Under the pieces are notes generated by a model. It saw only the letters and a program-made list of their open reading frames with translations, was not told the DNA's origin and made no database searches. Position numbers and translations under genes: made by a program. A stretch of DNA of 64,000 nt, from positions 1 to 64,000 of the IMG/VR virus record IMGVR_UViG_3300032030_000038; one strand, 5' to 3'. This DNA is from a virus (Duplodnaviria; Caudoviricetes). The stretch's first letter is position 1. The number at the start of each line of letters is the position of its first letter. Below, one piece after another: positions 28,136-38,300 of this stretch.

Positions 28136-31100
28136 ATGAGTAAATTAAATTGTTTAAATAAAAGCGTTCCTGTCATTCAGGATTTTATTAGATATTTTGG
28201 AGATGAAAATGCTTTAAGAATCAGTAATAGATGCAAACAAATTACTGGAAATGATAGCTATGATTTATTTTTATCAAACGAATTTAAAGACTCAGTCGAA
28301 GCATTCGGCGCAACTGAGACTTTTAGACGTATCAACGAAGCTTTCCATAATGACAGACTTAACAAGTTCTTTAATTTATCCTCTTTTGCAGGTATAGAAG
28401 ACGATACCACTCTTATTGAAATGCAAGAGACAAGATCTAAAGCTAATGATGCTCAAAATAACGAAACACTCTATGTAACAAGGAATGATGAGCTTCAAAA
28501 CATGCTTAATGAGGAGTGGCAAAAGTTTTCAAAAGAGAATGAGCTTGAAAAACTTGAGTTTAATGGCGTCAAAGAAGTCTATATGACTGAAAAATGGCTT
28601 AATGAAAAGAAAGTAACACTTACTGATTATAATGTTATAAAACAAGCTATAACTGATATTATAAGCAGTGATATATCATCCTTTTTATATAATTTCGACG
28701 CTTGGGCATTTATTCATAATTTTGAAGAGGATACTCCTGCATACAAGAGAATGCTTGAGATTTCCAGGAATCGTGATATAAAGAAATTTTTGTCAATAAG
28801 TACCTGTACTTTCAAAGATTTGTTTTATAATGCAATTGAAGATTTAAAATTACAATCACTTGTAAATGCTAATAAAAGTAAAGCGTATATTTATGATATA
28901 TTAGCTGACGATTCTTATGAAAGAGATTCTATTGTAGCACTGTTACAAAGTCAGGTGAGAAATAAAATAAATGATATTTATGATATAAAAGTAAAAAACA
29001 ACAGTGTTGCTTCTATAACTCTTGACCAGCTTAATTTAGAAGATGATATTGATATATTTGATTCTAAAAACGACATAGAGGAAGTAGATAAGGGTGATGT
29101 TGATGAGGCTACAAATGAAGAAGAAAAGCCATCTGAAGAATTCGATGTCATAGGTACTATGTTGTCTTTGAAAGATGATTTGAATTGGGATAGAGCAAAA
29201 AATGACAAACAACTTATTATCCAATTATTCAGTGGCATTCCTAACAAAATGAAAAATGATATAAGTCCTTATGGTGAAGTGCATTATTATAGTCCTTGGA
29301 ATATATTCAACCAACTTGCAAAAGAATGCCATGATTGTACTGACAGTGATGATTTAAAAAACAAATTAAAAAGTTTGTCAAACTATCCTTATACAAAAGA
29401 TATTCTTGAAAGAATTGAAAGTTCAAACAAGTTTGCAACTCTTGCTTGGAAAACATTAAGAGGACAGTATAGAATATTCTTTGATGTTGAGGTTGGTGAT
29501 AATGATATATATGGTCTTAAATTTCCAAACTTTCAATTTAATGGTATGTTTTATAAATATGCAATTACAGATTATGTTGAAAGAAAAAAAGATTCTGGAG
29601 AACAGACTATATTCAATGTAGATAATAAAGTAATTTCATATAATTCAAATTACAGATCAAAGGAGCTTGAGCCTTTATTTAAAAGTATTAAAAATCAATA
29701 TAATATAATATCCTCGACACCTTCGCTTAAAACGTCTGGGCATTCTTTTTCAGCTTCCGAAAAGGCAAAGTTTATAGCAAATATAAGAGCGGAACTCTCA
29801 AAACCTATAAGGGAATTAAATAATCATTCCTTTATGGATGCATTTAAAACATTAATAAACAGATTAGGTTGTCAACAACTTGGATTTGATATAACTGATA
29901 CTGAATTACTTGGTATTTTCACAAGCTTTACGTGTAATTATGACTCATATGGAAATGAGTATTATACATATCTCCCTATTTTTACTCAAACAGATGGATT
30001 AAGAGACCAAATAGAAAATGCTTTAAATGCAACAGGTGTTTCTGAACTGCCTAATATGTTTGATTTCATAGGAACTGTAATGGATACCCAAAATTCATTT
30101 GTATTAAGTGAAAAGGCACATGTAAATTTAGTGTCTTACTTCTATCGTGGTAAAGACGGTTATTATAGCTTTAGCTATCAAGACAAACTATCAAGACGCT
30201 TTACTTGGTTGACTTCACTAACCAATGGTGAATACATCAACTGGTATGAACAGCAGTATGAAAATGATAATTATTTTAAAGCATACCACGATGCAAATGA
30301 ATTGGTTTTTGAAGATGAAAATAAAAGAGGTGTTCCTGTGAGTAATCACTCTGTTCTTTATAAATTATATAAAGATGCAAAAGCTGGTAAAAAAAGTGCT
30401 AAGTTAATTCCTTCTGATAAAGACAATATACAAAATTTTCAACATTTAAATTTTGCTGTACAAGATGGAAAAAAATTTAGTGAACTTTCCAAATATGATA
30501 TAATTATTAACAAACTGGCAGCTTATATAAACAATTCAAGGGATACAATAAAAGACGATAGAAGTCTTTATACTAGTTATGCACTATCTGATAAAAGCAG
30601 ACAAGTTGCTTTTGTAAATTATAGAGACAATAGACCCAGTCTATGTTTAAAATCACTTGCTGCAAAATCAATGATGGAGATTATGCGTATGGTGAATATA
30701 TATAATTCCATAGTGCAGAATAAAAAAGATAATAAATTACGCAAACAGCGTGGAGAGGAGCCTCTTGAATTAACAAATGAACCAAGATTTTCTGCTGAAA
30801 TAAATGAAGTTAATGGTAAATATTTAATTAACTTTAATAATAATGGGGGAATAAGATTTGCGTATCTTCCCGCACTTAATGAATATCTTTATGAAATAAA
30901 CAATGTAGTTGGAGTTGATGAAAACGGTGAAGCAAAACTAAATCACACGCATAATTATACTAGCGTTCAACTTAAATTTATAAGTAATCTCTATAGGTTA
31001 ATATACGATGAAACTGTTAATAAAGAAGAAGAATTCAAAAATGTTTGTAATACATTTATTAAAGTAGATAGTAATAAAGATAATATTATTGCACTTACTC

Positions 31101-34100
31101 TTAATTCCGAAGCAGCATCATTAAAGAAAACCCTTCTCGAATTCCCTTCTTTACTTGATAAATTAGGATTTGTATTTGATAAACAATCTAATGAATATAA
31201 ACTTACTGGTATCAATGAACACCATCCTTTATATAAGACAAATTTAGATGCTTTAATTAATCAGTTTGTATACAATTCAGACGCTTCTCTTGCTGAACAA
31301 ACATTTATTTTCCATAATGATATTGTAAGATACGGTTCTGCAAAAGCATTTAGCAAGCGTGCAAATGAGCTTATAAGTAATGGTCAAGAGATTGACAAGA
31401 CTGCAAGGGATATTAATGGTGAGTTATATGATAACAGGACTAACATAACACAGGGTAAGAAAGTAGAAATTACATGGGCTAATGTAAAATCAAAAAAATT
31501 CATTCAAAATCCTGAATTTTATAATAGTATAGCCAATATAATGACTACTCAAGGCAATGCAAGTAATAGACCAAAAGAAGTAGAAGCCAATAAAAAGGAA
31601 ATTTTAAATTCAACTATTGAAGCAGCCGATGGTCAGTCAATAATATCAATTGCTTATAAAAAAAGATATTTAGGTCAGCTTGGAAAATTGAGTTATTCCG
31701 AAGAAAAAATCTATAATGAACTTATAGATATTTATGATAAAGCAAGTAATTTTATTGAACAAGGAAGATTTGACTTGCTTGATAAATTAAAAGAAAGAAT
31801 AAATAACTTATATAAACAAGAATATAAAACAAATTTTATATCAGGTTCTATAAAACAATTTTCTTCAACAGTCGTCAACAATCCTGCTACAAAAAGAAGT
31901 ACAGCCACTGAGTATAAAAACTCAGAAGTATGCCTTGATGATTTGAAAACCCTTCTTGAAACAAAGAACTACTTCATGATTCGTTTAATGGCTCATATGA
32001 ATCGTAATGGTATAGACTGTATCAATGATGAAACAACCGTTAAAGAAGGGATTAGAAAAGTATTTAATCCGTCTTTTGATAACTTCTTCGAAGAATTTGA
32101 TGCAATCATGGCTGATAAAAACAATATTGATCTGGATTTAGTTACTCTTATGCCAATGGAAGATGTCGCTCTTGTTCAAGAAACTCCCGCTCATGCAATG
32201 GATAGAGAGGATATTTTCGGTACTCAAATAACACGATTAATCCCGGCTACAATTGACAGAAGTGGTAATACTGAATATTACTTATATAAATTTGGCAAAG
32301 ATGAACAAGAAGCTATTTCCGGGGACGATTTGTATAAAAAAATTCAGTCGGTTCTTAATATTAAAATCAAAAACAATATTGACAAGGTTTTTGATAAATT
32401 CGGAATTTCAAATGAAATATATAATAAGATTGAAAAAAATGAGCCACTTACAGAAGAAGAAAAAACAAGGTTAAATAGAAAATTATCTGATATATTAAAA
32501 ACAAACAGTAAGTTTTCAGATACGGATTATAGATTTTTTGTCGACCCAGTAACTGGTAAATTTGCGTATCCTATAAATGAATTTACAAGTGCTACCGAAT
32601 TATCAAAAACAATTGCATCTGTTATTAAAAATGACATTATAGCAAATAATGTAAAGGGTGGGCAACTCGTCCAAGTTACTAATGCTCTTAATGAACTGTT
32701 TTATCGTTTAAAGAATGGCGAATCTAAAGATTCTCCAGAAGTTAGAAAATTACTTGATGAGTCTTTAGAGTGTAAGATTGAATATTATCCTGACGGTTCT
32801 TTAAAAGAAGTTTATATGGAAGCCGAGATACCTTTTATGTATAAAGATGCAATAAATGAATATATTGACAAAGATGGTAATATTGATATGAATAAAGTTC
32901 CAGAGGAATTAAAACATGGTATTTTTTATAGAATTCCTACAGAAGGACTTTGTTCAATCTTCCATATTAAAGTAAAAAGATTCACTTATGGAATGGCCGA
33001 CCATGTAAAACTTCCTGTTGAAATTACCAAACTCGCTGGTCTTGACTTTGATATTGATAAATTATTTACCTTTATTGCAGCCATGAAAAAAAATAAAGAA
33101 GGTAAATTAGAATATGTAAAGCCAGACTTAAATGATTTGGAAAGTAATAAAACAAGCGAGCAAGCTAACAATGCTTTATTTGAGTTGATGCTTACTGCAT
33201 TAAACAGTCCCACAGGTGTTAATGGCTATAATGAATTTGGAGGATATGAGCCATTAAAGTATAAAGGACTTGCAATATTTTTAGCAATTGAAGAAGCAAC
33301 AAAAACCAATAAAGATATAAAGCAGTGTTATGATAACGCTATGAAACTCTCCAATAAACAAATTGAAGATTTATTTTCAAATTATAATAAAACGCAATCA
33401 CCTTGTTCTGTTATAACTAATATCAATATTCAGGAGTCAAACTTTGAAAGTAAAGATATGCTTGGCAAGTCTGCAAATGGAAATGCTCTAGCAGCAGAAT
33501 TATCTCAGCTTAATGTCCACCTTAATACTTCAATGTTTGGTCAAGGAGTCAAGATAGGTTCTTCAGAAATAATTAAAACTACATCTACAAAGTTTGCACC
33601 AAAAAATACCGTAAATAATACCAATTCGTGTCAAAATATTATAAGACAACCACTTGCTGCATCAGCTGATGTTGGCAAAGAAGCATTTTTAAATCTTATT
33701 GGATTTAATAATTTTTCAATTGGTATTTGGTCTAGTTTAATGAATCTTGGCTGTGAGCTTGAAGATGCTTTATTATTTATGCAACACCCAATAGTAAGAT
33801 ATTTGTCAGATAAATATAAGCAAATGAATTTTAAAAATGAATTTGGTGCAAGACCTTTGAATGTACTTACTAAAAATTCAATATTAGCCTCAAACAGCAA
33901 AAGTTCAGATTATGATGAATTATTTTTAGGCAGAGGTAATAAAAGAATTGAAATATCAACTGATTCTCTTATAAATAGCTTAACACAATCTTATGATGAG
34001 TTCTGCAACTATCATCCAAATACAGCAATTGATATTGAAAAACTTATCTATTTCTTACTTAAGAATAATCAAGAAGTTGTAACTTTATCCCCATTTCTTA

Positions 34101-35350
34101 AAATGGATTCAAAATCTAATATATCATGGAATTCAACATTTGGATTATTGGCAACCATAATGAATTTTGAGCAGTTTGCCAAAGATGTTGAAGCTCCTGA
34201 GGTTATAACCACATTCTCAAAAGAAATACTTGATGTTTTTGGTTATAAAAAAAGAAATACAGAAAATACAATTCCGAGACTTGCAACAATTTATAACGAA
34301 ATACCTGTACTTGTAACTACTATATTACATAATCAAAATCAACATATTTTTGAAAAACTTAATGAAGTAGCCTCAAATGTTGTTGATCAAACAGGTGCTC
34401 ATCTTAATGAATCTGACGTAAAGGATATCTATAATTTATATAATTATGCAATGCTCTCCCTGGAGAATAATTTTTTAAATAAATATTTTAAGAATATAAA
34501 TCTTGAAAAAAGAGGTGAATTATTAAAATCCATCATAGCAGACAAGGATACTTTTATTAATAAATATCCGGATAATGCTTTTATAAAAAACATTGATATT
34601 GATAAAATAACATCATCAACTCTGGAAAAATATAAAAACCAATTAAAAGGTATAAACTCAAATAAAACACAAATAGATCCTACAAAATTAAGTAAATCTA
34701 ATGAAGATGATATAAGAACTGATCTTATTAAATTATTGCTTAGCGATGATGAAGAAATAAAAGAATTTATAAATAAAATATTTATTATATCAATTATGCA
34801 AAGTGGATTTAATAAATATACATCAAAAAGCCCTTTGAGATATTTTAATGAGATTGCACTTGCAAACGTTCTTGATAAAGATTATATAAGATATTTTTCT
34901 AATAATACATATGATGAAATGAAATTGGATTCTAAGTTTTCATTAAATGATTTATTAGTATCACAAGATATAAATGTAAATTCATTAAAACTTACCGAAT
35001 ATATAATAAGATCGCTACCTAATTTAATAAAATCAAAATCATCTGCAAAAGAAGGAAAGTATTATAAAAATAAAGACGGTGCTATATTCAAACCAATTTT
35101 ACAAGGAGAAGACAGTGTTATTTACCAGCAAGTAAGTAAACTTAGTGTTCTTGGTGTTTTATTAGAAGCATTTAGTAATATTGCATATAATATAACAGAT
35201 GCAAGTGAGTTTAGTGAAAATACAAAAAGAACTAAAGAAATTCAAGAGCCTGTTGGAAGTGGCTTGAAAAATACCACTTTTGAGACATGGCATGATACTA
35301 ATAATATACAAAAAAATGACCAAACAAAGCAAGCTTGTAACAATAAATAA
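28136..35350 (+). CDS. virion-associated DNA-dependent RNA polymerase (Crassvirales type, phi14:2 gp66-like)
   Basis: Catalytic GLDFDIDK (DFDID at 33044-33058), upstream YRIPT and ADGQ motifs; 2404 aa. Confidence 0.88.
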   Translation: MSKLNCLNKSVPVIQDFIRYFGDENALRISNRCKQITGNDSYDLFLSNEFKDSVEAFGATETFRRINEAFHNDRLNKFFNLSSFAGIEDDTTLIEMQETRSKANDAQNNETLYVTRNDELQNMLNEEWQKFSKENELEKLEFNGVKEVYMTEKWLNEKKVTLTDYNVIKQAITDIISSDISSFLYNFDAWAFIHNFEEDTPAYKRMLEISRNRDIKKFLSISTCTFKDLFYNAIEDLKLQSLVNANKSKAYIYDILADDSYERDSIVALLQSQVRNKINDIYDIKVKNNSVASITLDQLNLEDDIDIFDSKNDIEEVDKGDVDEATNEEEKPSEEFDVIGTMLSLKDDLNWDRAKNDKQLIIQLFSGIPNKMKNDISPYGEVHYYSPWNIFNQLAKECHDCTDSDDLKNKLKSLSNYPYTKDILERIESSNKFATLAWKTLRGQYRIFFDVEVGDNDIYGLKFPNFQFNGMFYKYAITDYVERKKDSGEQTIFNVDNKVISYNSNYRSKELEPLFKSIKNQYNIISSTPSLKTSGHSFSASEKAKFIANIRAELSKPIRELNNHSFMDAFKTLINRLGCQQLGFDITDTELLGIFTSFTCNYDSYGNEYYTYLPIFTQTDGLRDQIENALNATGVSELPNMFDFIGTVMDTQNSFVLSEKAHVNLVSYFYRGKDGYYSFSYQDKLSRRFTWLTSLTNGEYINWYEQQYENDNYFKAYHDANELVFEDENKRGVPVSNHSVLYKLYKDAKAGKKSAKLIPSDKDNIQNFQHLNFAVQDGKKFSELSKYDIIINKLAAYINNSRDTIKDDRSLYTSYALSDKSRQVAFVNYRDNRPSLCLKSLAAKSMMEIMRMVNIYNSIVQNKKDNKLRKQRGEEPLELTNEPRFSAEINEVNGKYLINFNNNGGIRFAYLPALNEYLYEINNVVGVDENGEAKLNHTHNYTSVQLKFISNLYRLIYDETVNKEEEFKNVCNTFIKVDSNKDNIIALTLNSEAASLKKTLLEFPSLLDKLGFVFDKQSNEYKLTGINEHHPLYKTNLDALINQFVYNSDASLAEQTFIFHNDIVRYGSAKAFSKRANELISNGQEIDKTARDINGELYDNRTNITQGKKVEITWANVKSKKFIQNPEFYNSIANIMTTQGNASNRPKEVEANKKEILNSTIEAADGQSIISIAYKKRYLGQLGKLSYSEEKIYNELIDIYDKASNFIEQGRFDLLDKLKERINNLYKQEYKTNFISGSIKQFSSTVVNNPATKRSTATEYKNSEVCLDDLKTLLETKNYFMIRLMAHMNRNGIDCINDETTVKEGIRKVFNPSFDNFFEEFDAIMADKNNIDLDLVTLMPMEDVALVQETPAHAMDREDIFGTQITRLIPATIDRSGNTEYYLYKFGKDEQEAISGDDLYKKIQSVLNIKIKNNIDKVFDKFGISNEIYNKIEKNEPLTEEEKTRLNRKLSDILKTNSKFSDTDYRFFVDPVTGKFAYPINEFTSATELSKTIASVIKNDIIANNVKGGQLVQVTNALNELFYRLKNGESKDSPEVRKLLDESLECKIEYYPDGSLKEVYMEAEIPFMYKDAINEYIDKDGNIDMNKVPEELKHGIFYRIPTEGLCSIFHIKVKRFTYGMADHVKLPVEITKLAGLDFDIDKLFTFIAAMKKNKEGKLEYVKPDLNDLESNKTSEQANNALFELMLTALNSPTGVNGYNEFGGYEPLKYKGLAIFLAIEEATKTNKDIKQCYDNAMKLSNKQIEDLFSNYNKTQSPCSVITNINIQESNFESKDMLGKSANGNALAAELSQLNVHLNTSMFGQGVKIGSSEIIKTTSTKFAPKNTVNNTNSCQNIIRQPLAASADVGKEAFLNLIGFNNFSIGIWSSLMNLGCELEDALLFMQHPIVRYLSDKYKQMNFKNEFGARPLNVLTKNSILASNSKSSDYDELFLGRGNKRIEISTDSLINSLTQSYDEFCNYHPNTAIDIEKLIYFLLKNNQEVVTLSPFLKMDSKSNISWNSTFGLLATIMNFEQFAKDVEAPEVITTFSKEILDVFGYKKRNTENTIPRLATIYNEIPVLVTTILHNQNQHIFEKLNEVASNVVDQTGAHLNESDVKDIYNLYNYAMLSLENNFLNKYFKNINLEKRGELLKSIIADKDTFINKYPDNAFIKNIDIDKITSSTLEKYKNQLKGINSNKTQIDPTKLSKSNEDDIRTDLIKLLLSDDEEIKEFINKIFIISIMQSGFNKYTSKSPLRYFNEIALANVLDKDYIRYFSNNTYDEMKLDSKFSLNDLLVSQDINVNSLKLTEYIIRSLPNLIKSKSSAKEGKYYKNKDGAIFKPILQGEDSVIYQQVSKLSVLGVLLEAFSNIAYNITDASEFSENTKRTKEIQEPVGSGLKNTTFETWHDTNNIQKNDQTKQACNNK

Positions 35351-35358
35351 TATTAAGT

Positions 35359-38300
35359 ATGGCAAATAAACATAGTTGTTTAATTCATCCAACAACAAAA
35401 TCTGGGCAGCCCAGTAAATTATTTTCAAATTTAAGAAAAGAATTTGATTATGAACAATCCTGGAAAATCTGGAATGCAGCCGTATCTCCAGAGTACAAAC
35501 GGGACTTTGGTTCTACTACTATCTATGATGAATTCGGAGAACCTGAATTACAATCTTTATTTGATAATTTAGATATAGTATCAGACAGCCCTATTAATAC
35601 TGAAAAGTATGAAAAAGAGCTTAATACAAATCTTCCTGAAGATAATTTATCTATAATGAAACGTGTTGTTGATTTTAATGAAAAACACAATACGGTAAAG
35701 GCAAAAATTAGTAGCTTTAATTTAATTTCAGAAGAAGGTAATAGTGCACATATTACTGTTGAAATTGCTGACAGTGAAAAAAGAAACATTGCAAAAGCAT
35801 TAAAAATAAACACTGCAATCTATGAAAAAATAAATAAGTACCTAAATAACTTAGGTATGTCAATTGATTTTTTTGGGGGTGAGTTTTTCAATGGTGAAAA
35901 GGCGCTAATGGATCCACAATCTGGTATTACGAATGCAAAAGGTTTTATAAATGTTATAAAATTATCGAATGATCAAGAGGCACTTGGAAAGTTACCGGAA
36001 GAATTAGGACACTTCTTAATTGAATGTAATACAAACAATTCTACTGTGACAAGGGCTCTAAATATATTAAGTCAAGATGAAAAACTTATAAAAGAAATTT
36101 TAGGAAATGATTATGAAGATGTATTAGATTATTACATTGGGCAAAATCGTCCTGATGCGATTGTTAAAGAAGCTCTAGGACGGCTTTTAATAAAATCTAT
36201 CAATAAAGATATCGATTTGATGATAGAAGGTCAAAATAGACCGTTTTTAACCCGTATAAAAGGCTATCTTGATAAAATATGGAGTTCAATAAAAAAGCTC
36301 TTTAAAAGGAGAGATAAAAATAATACAAATCCTATACAAGAACTTGAAGATTCATTACAACCTATACTCCATACGTTTTCAACCAGTGAGAGTAAAAGAA
36401 ATGAAATTAAACAACGTTTTCATGAATATGGCGAGCAAATGGCTCATGTCAACACTTTACTCCAAGACTATAATGATTTATTTTCAAAAGGAGGTGTTGT
36501 TGATGAGATAAGAAACACAATTGCAAGAGAAAATAATTATTATAGTAAAGTTTACAAAGACATTGAAAAGCTTAAAGAGGAGATAAAAACAACTTCGGAA
36601 GCTTTCAAAATGTTTATTCAAAGTCGTGAGAACAGCGTAAAGAATGAAACAGAGGCTTATGATACTACTAAAGACATTGGTAATCTTGCGAGTATCGGGT
36701 TTTATTCAGAACAGGAAATTCTCGACCTGCGCAATATACATCATTTTTGTAAATATATCGATAAAATACAAAAATTAATTAATAACCAATTGGAGTTTCT
36801 TAAAGACGTACAAATTAAAAGCACTTCGTATGAGGAAATACTTTCCAGTTCCACACAAATAAATACAATAAAATCGTTTATTGAAACACAAGAACCTATT
36901 ATAAATGATTTACTCAATTTTTCAGAAGCAATAGTTGATAATAAAATCGATGATACTCTTAAAGATGAAGCTTTTCAGGAAGCAGCTAAAAAATTAAGAA
37001 GTGTTGTATCGGAAGATCATCAATTATTAACAAGCCTCAAGAGTGAACTTCTTTCAGCAATGAGCATTGTAACTGATCAATTTTGGGAAAATTCAGTCGA
37101 TCAAGAAACTCTTGATAATATTATTCCAAAACACATACAACAAAGAGAGAACCTTGTTGACAATGCGAAAAAAATTGATTATATTCTTAGTTTCTCAATG
37201 AGGGATATAAGTGGTGTAGCAAGATTATTTACTGCTTATTATGCTCAAAAAGATCCTCTTATTAATTTAGTAAACAATACTCTTCGTAAACAGGAAGAAG
37301 AAGCTCGTATTGCCTCTCAGCTATTTATAAAAGAGATTGCCGAGATTACACAAGAATATATTGACGAAACTGGCAGTAAGGACACTTCATTTATTTATGA
37401 AAATGATGAAAATGGAAAGCCAACACACTTTCTAAAAACTACCGAGGGTGTTTCTATACCAAAATGGCGTGCTATTAAAAAGGAAGTGTGGAAACAAATA
37501 AGTGAAGATGATACACTTACTAAAAAGCAAAAACACGAAAAATGGATTGCTTTTGTAAATAATTCTACTCAAGAAAAACGTATAGAAAACTATATATATG
37601 ATGCTTCCACAAACACATTTGTACAAACTATTCTACCACAATCTATAAGAATACCTACAACAAATGTTAGTATTGAACCCCGTGCAAAAGAATGGATTAC
37701 AAATGATTTTTCAAAACTTAATGAAGCACAACAAAGATTCCTTATAAAGTATCTTGAAGCAAAAAATAAACTTGAATCGATGCTTCCATCAACTATACGT
37801 CTTAAACGTGAAGGACTTTACTATCGTGCTGTACAAAGAGTTGTCGCTTCTGCTGGTGAAGCTATTTTAAATAATAAGAATGGTTTTTTTGAACAAGTAG
37901 GCGGGTTAATGAAAAACTCTCTGTATGCTCTTGATGAAGATGATATTGTCAACACTGAAGATATTGAGGATGAATTTGATTTGGATAATCCTTTAACAGA
38001 AGATAGACCTGACAATATAGGAGAAGAATCATTTTTAAGGGCAATTACAAGAAAAGGTAAAAAATTTAAAAATAAATTGCTTAATGCAATTCATCGTTGG
38101 CTTTATCCTGATACAGACCCAGTAAGTGATACTCCCGATCCTAATGACCCAAAAGGAAGTTCAAGAATTATTACAAGAAAAACCTCATCTGAATTTAACC
38201 AACGTAGAAAAGTACCTGTTTATTTTACTCGTTTATTAAGCCCGGAAAGACTCTCAAGTCTTTCAACAGATGCTTCCGGTTCTCTCATTGAATATACAAT

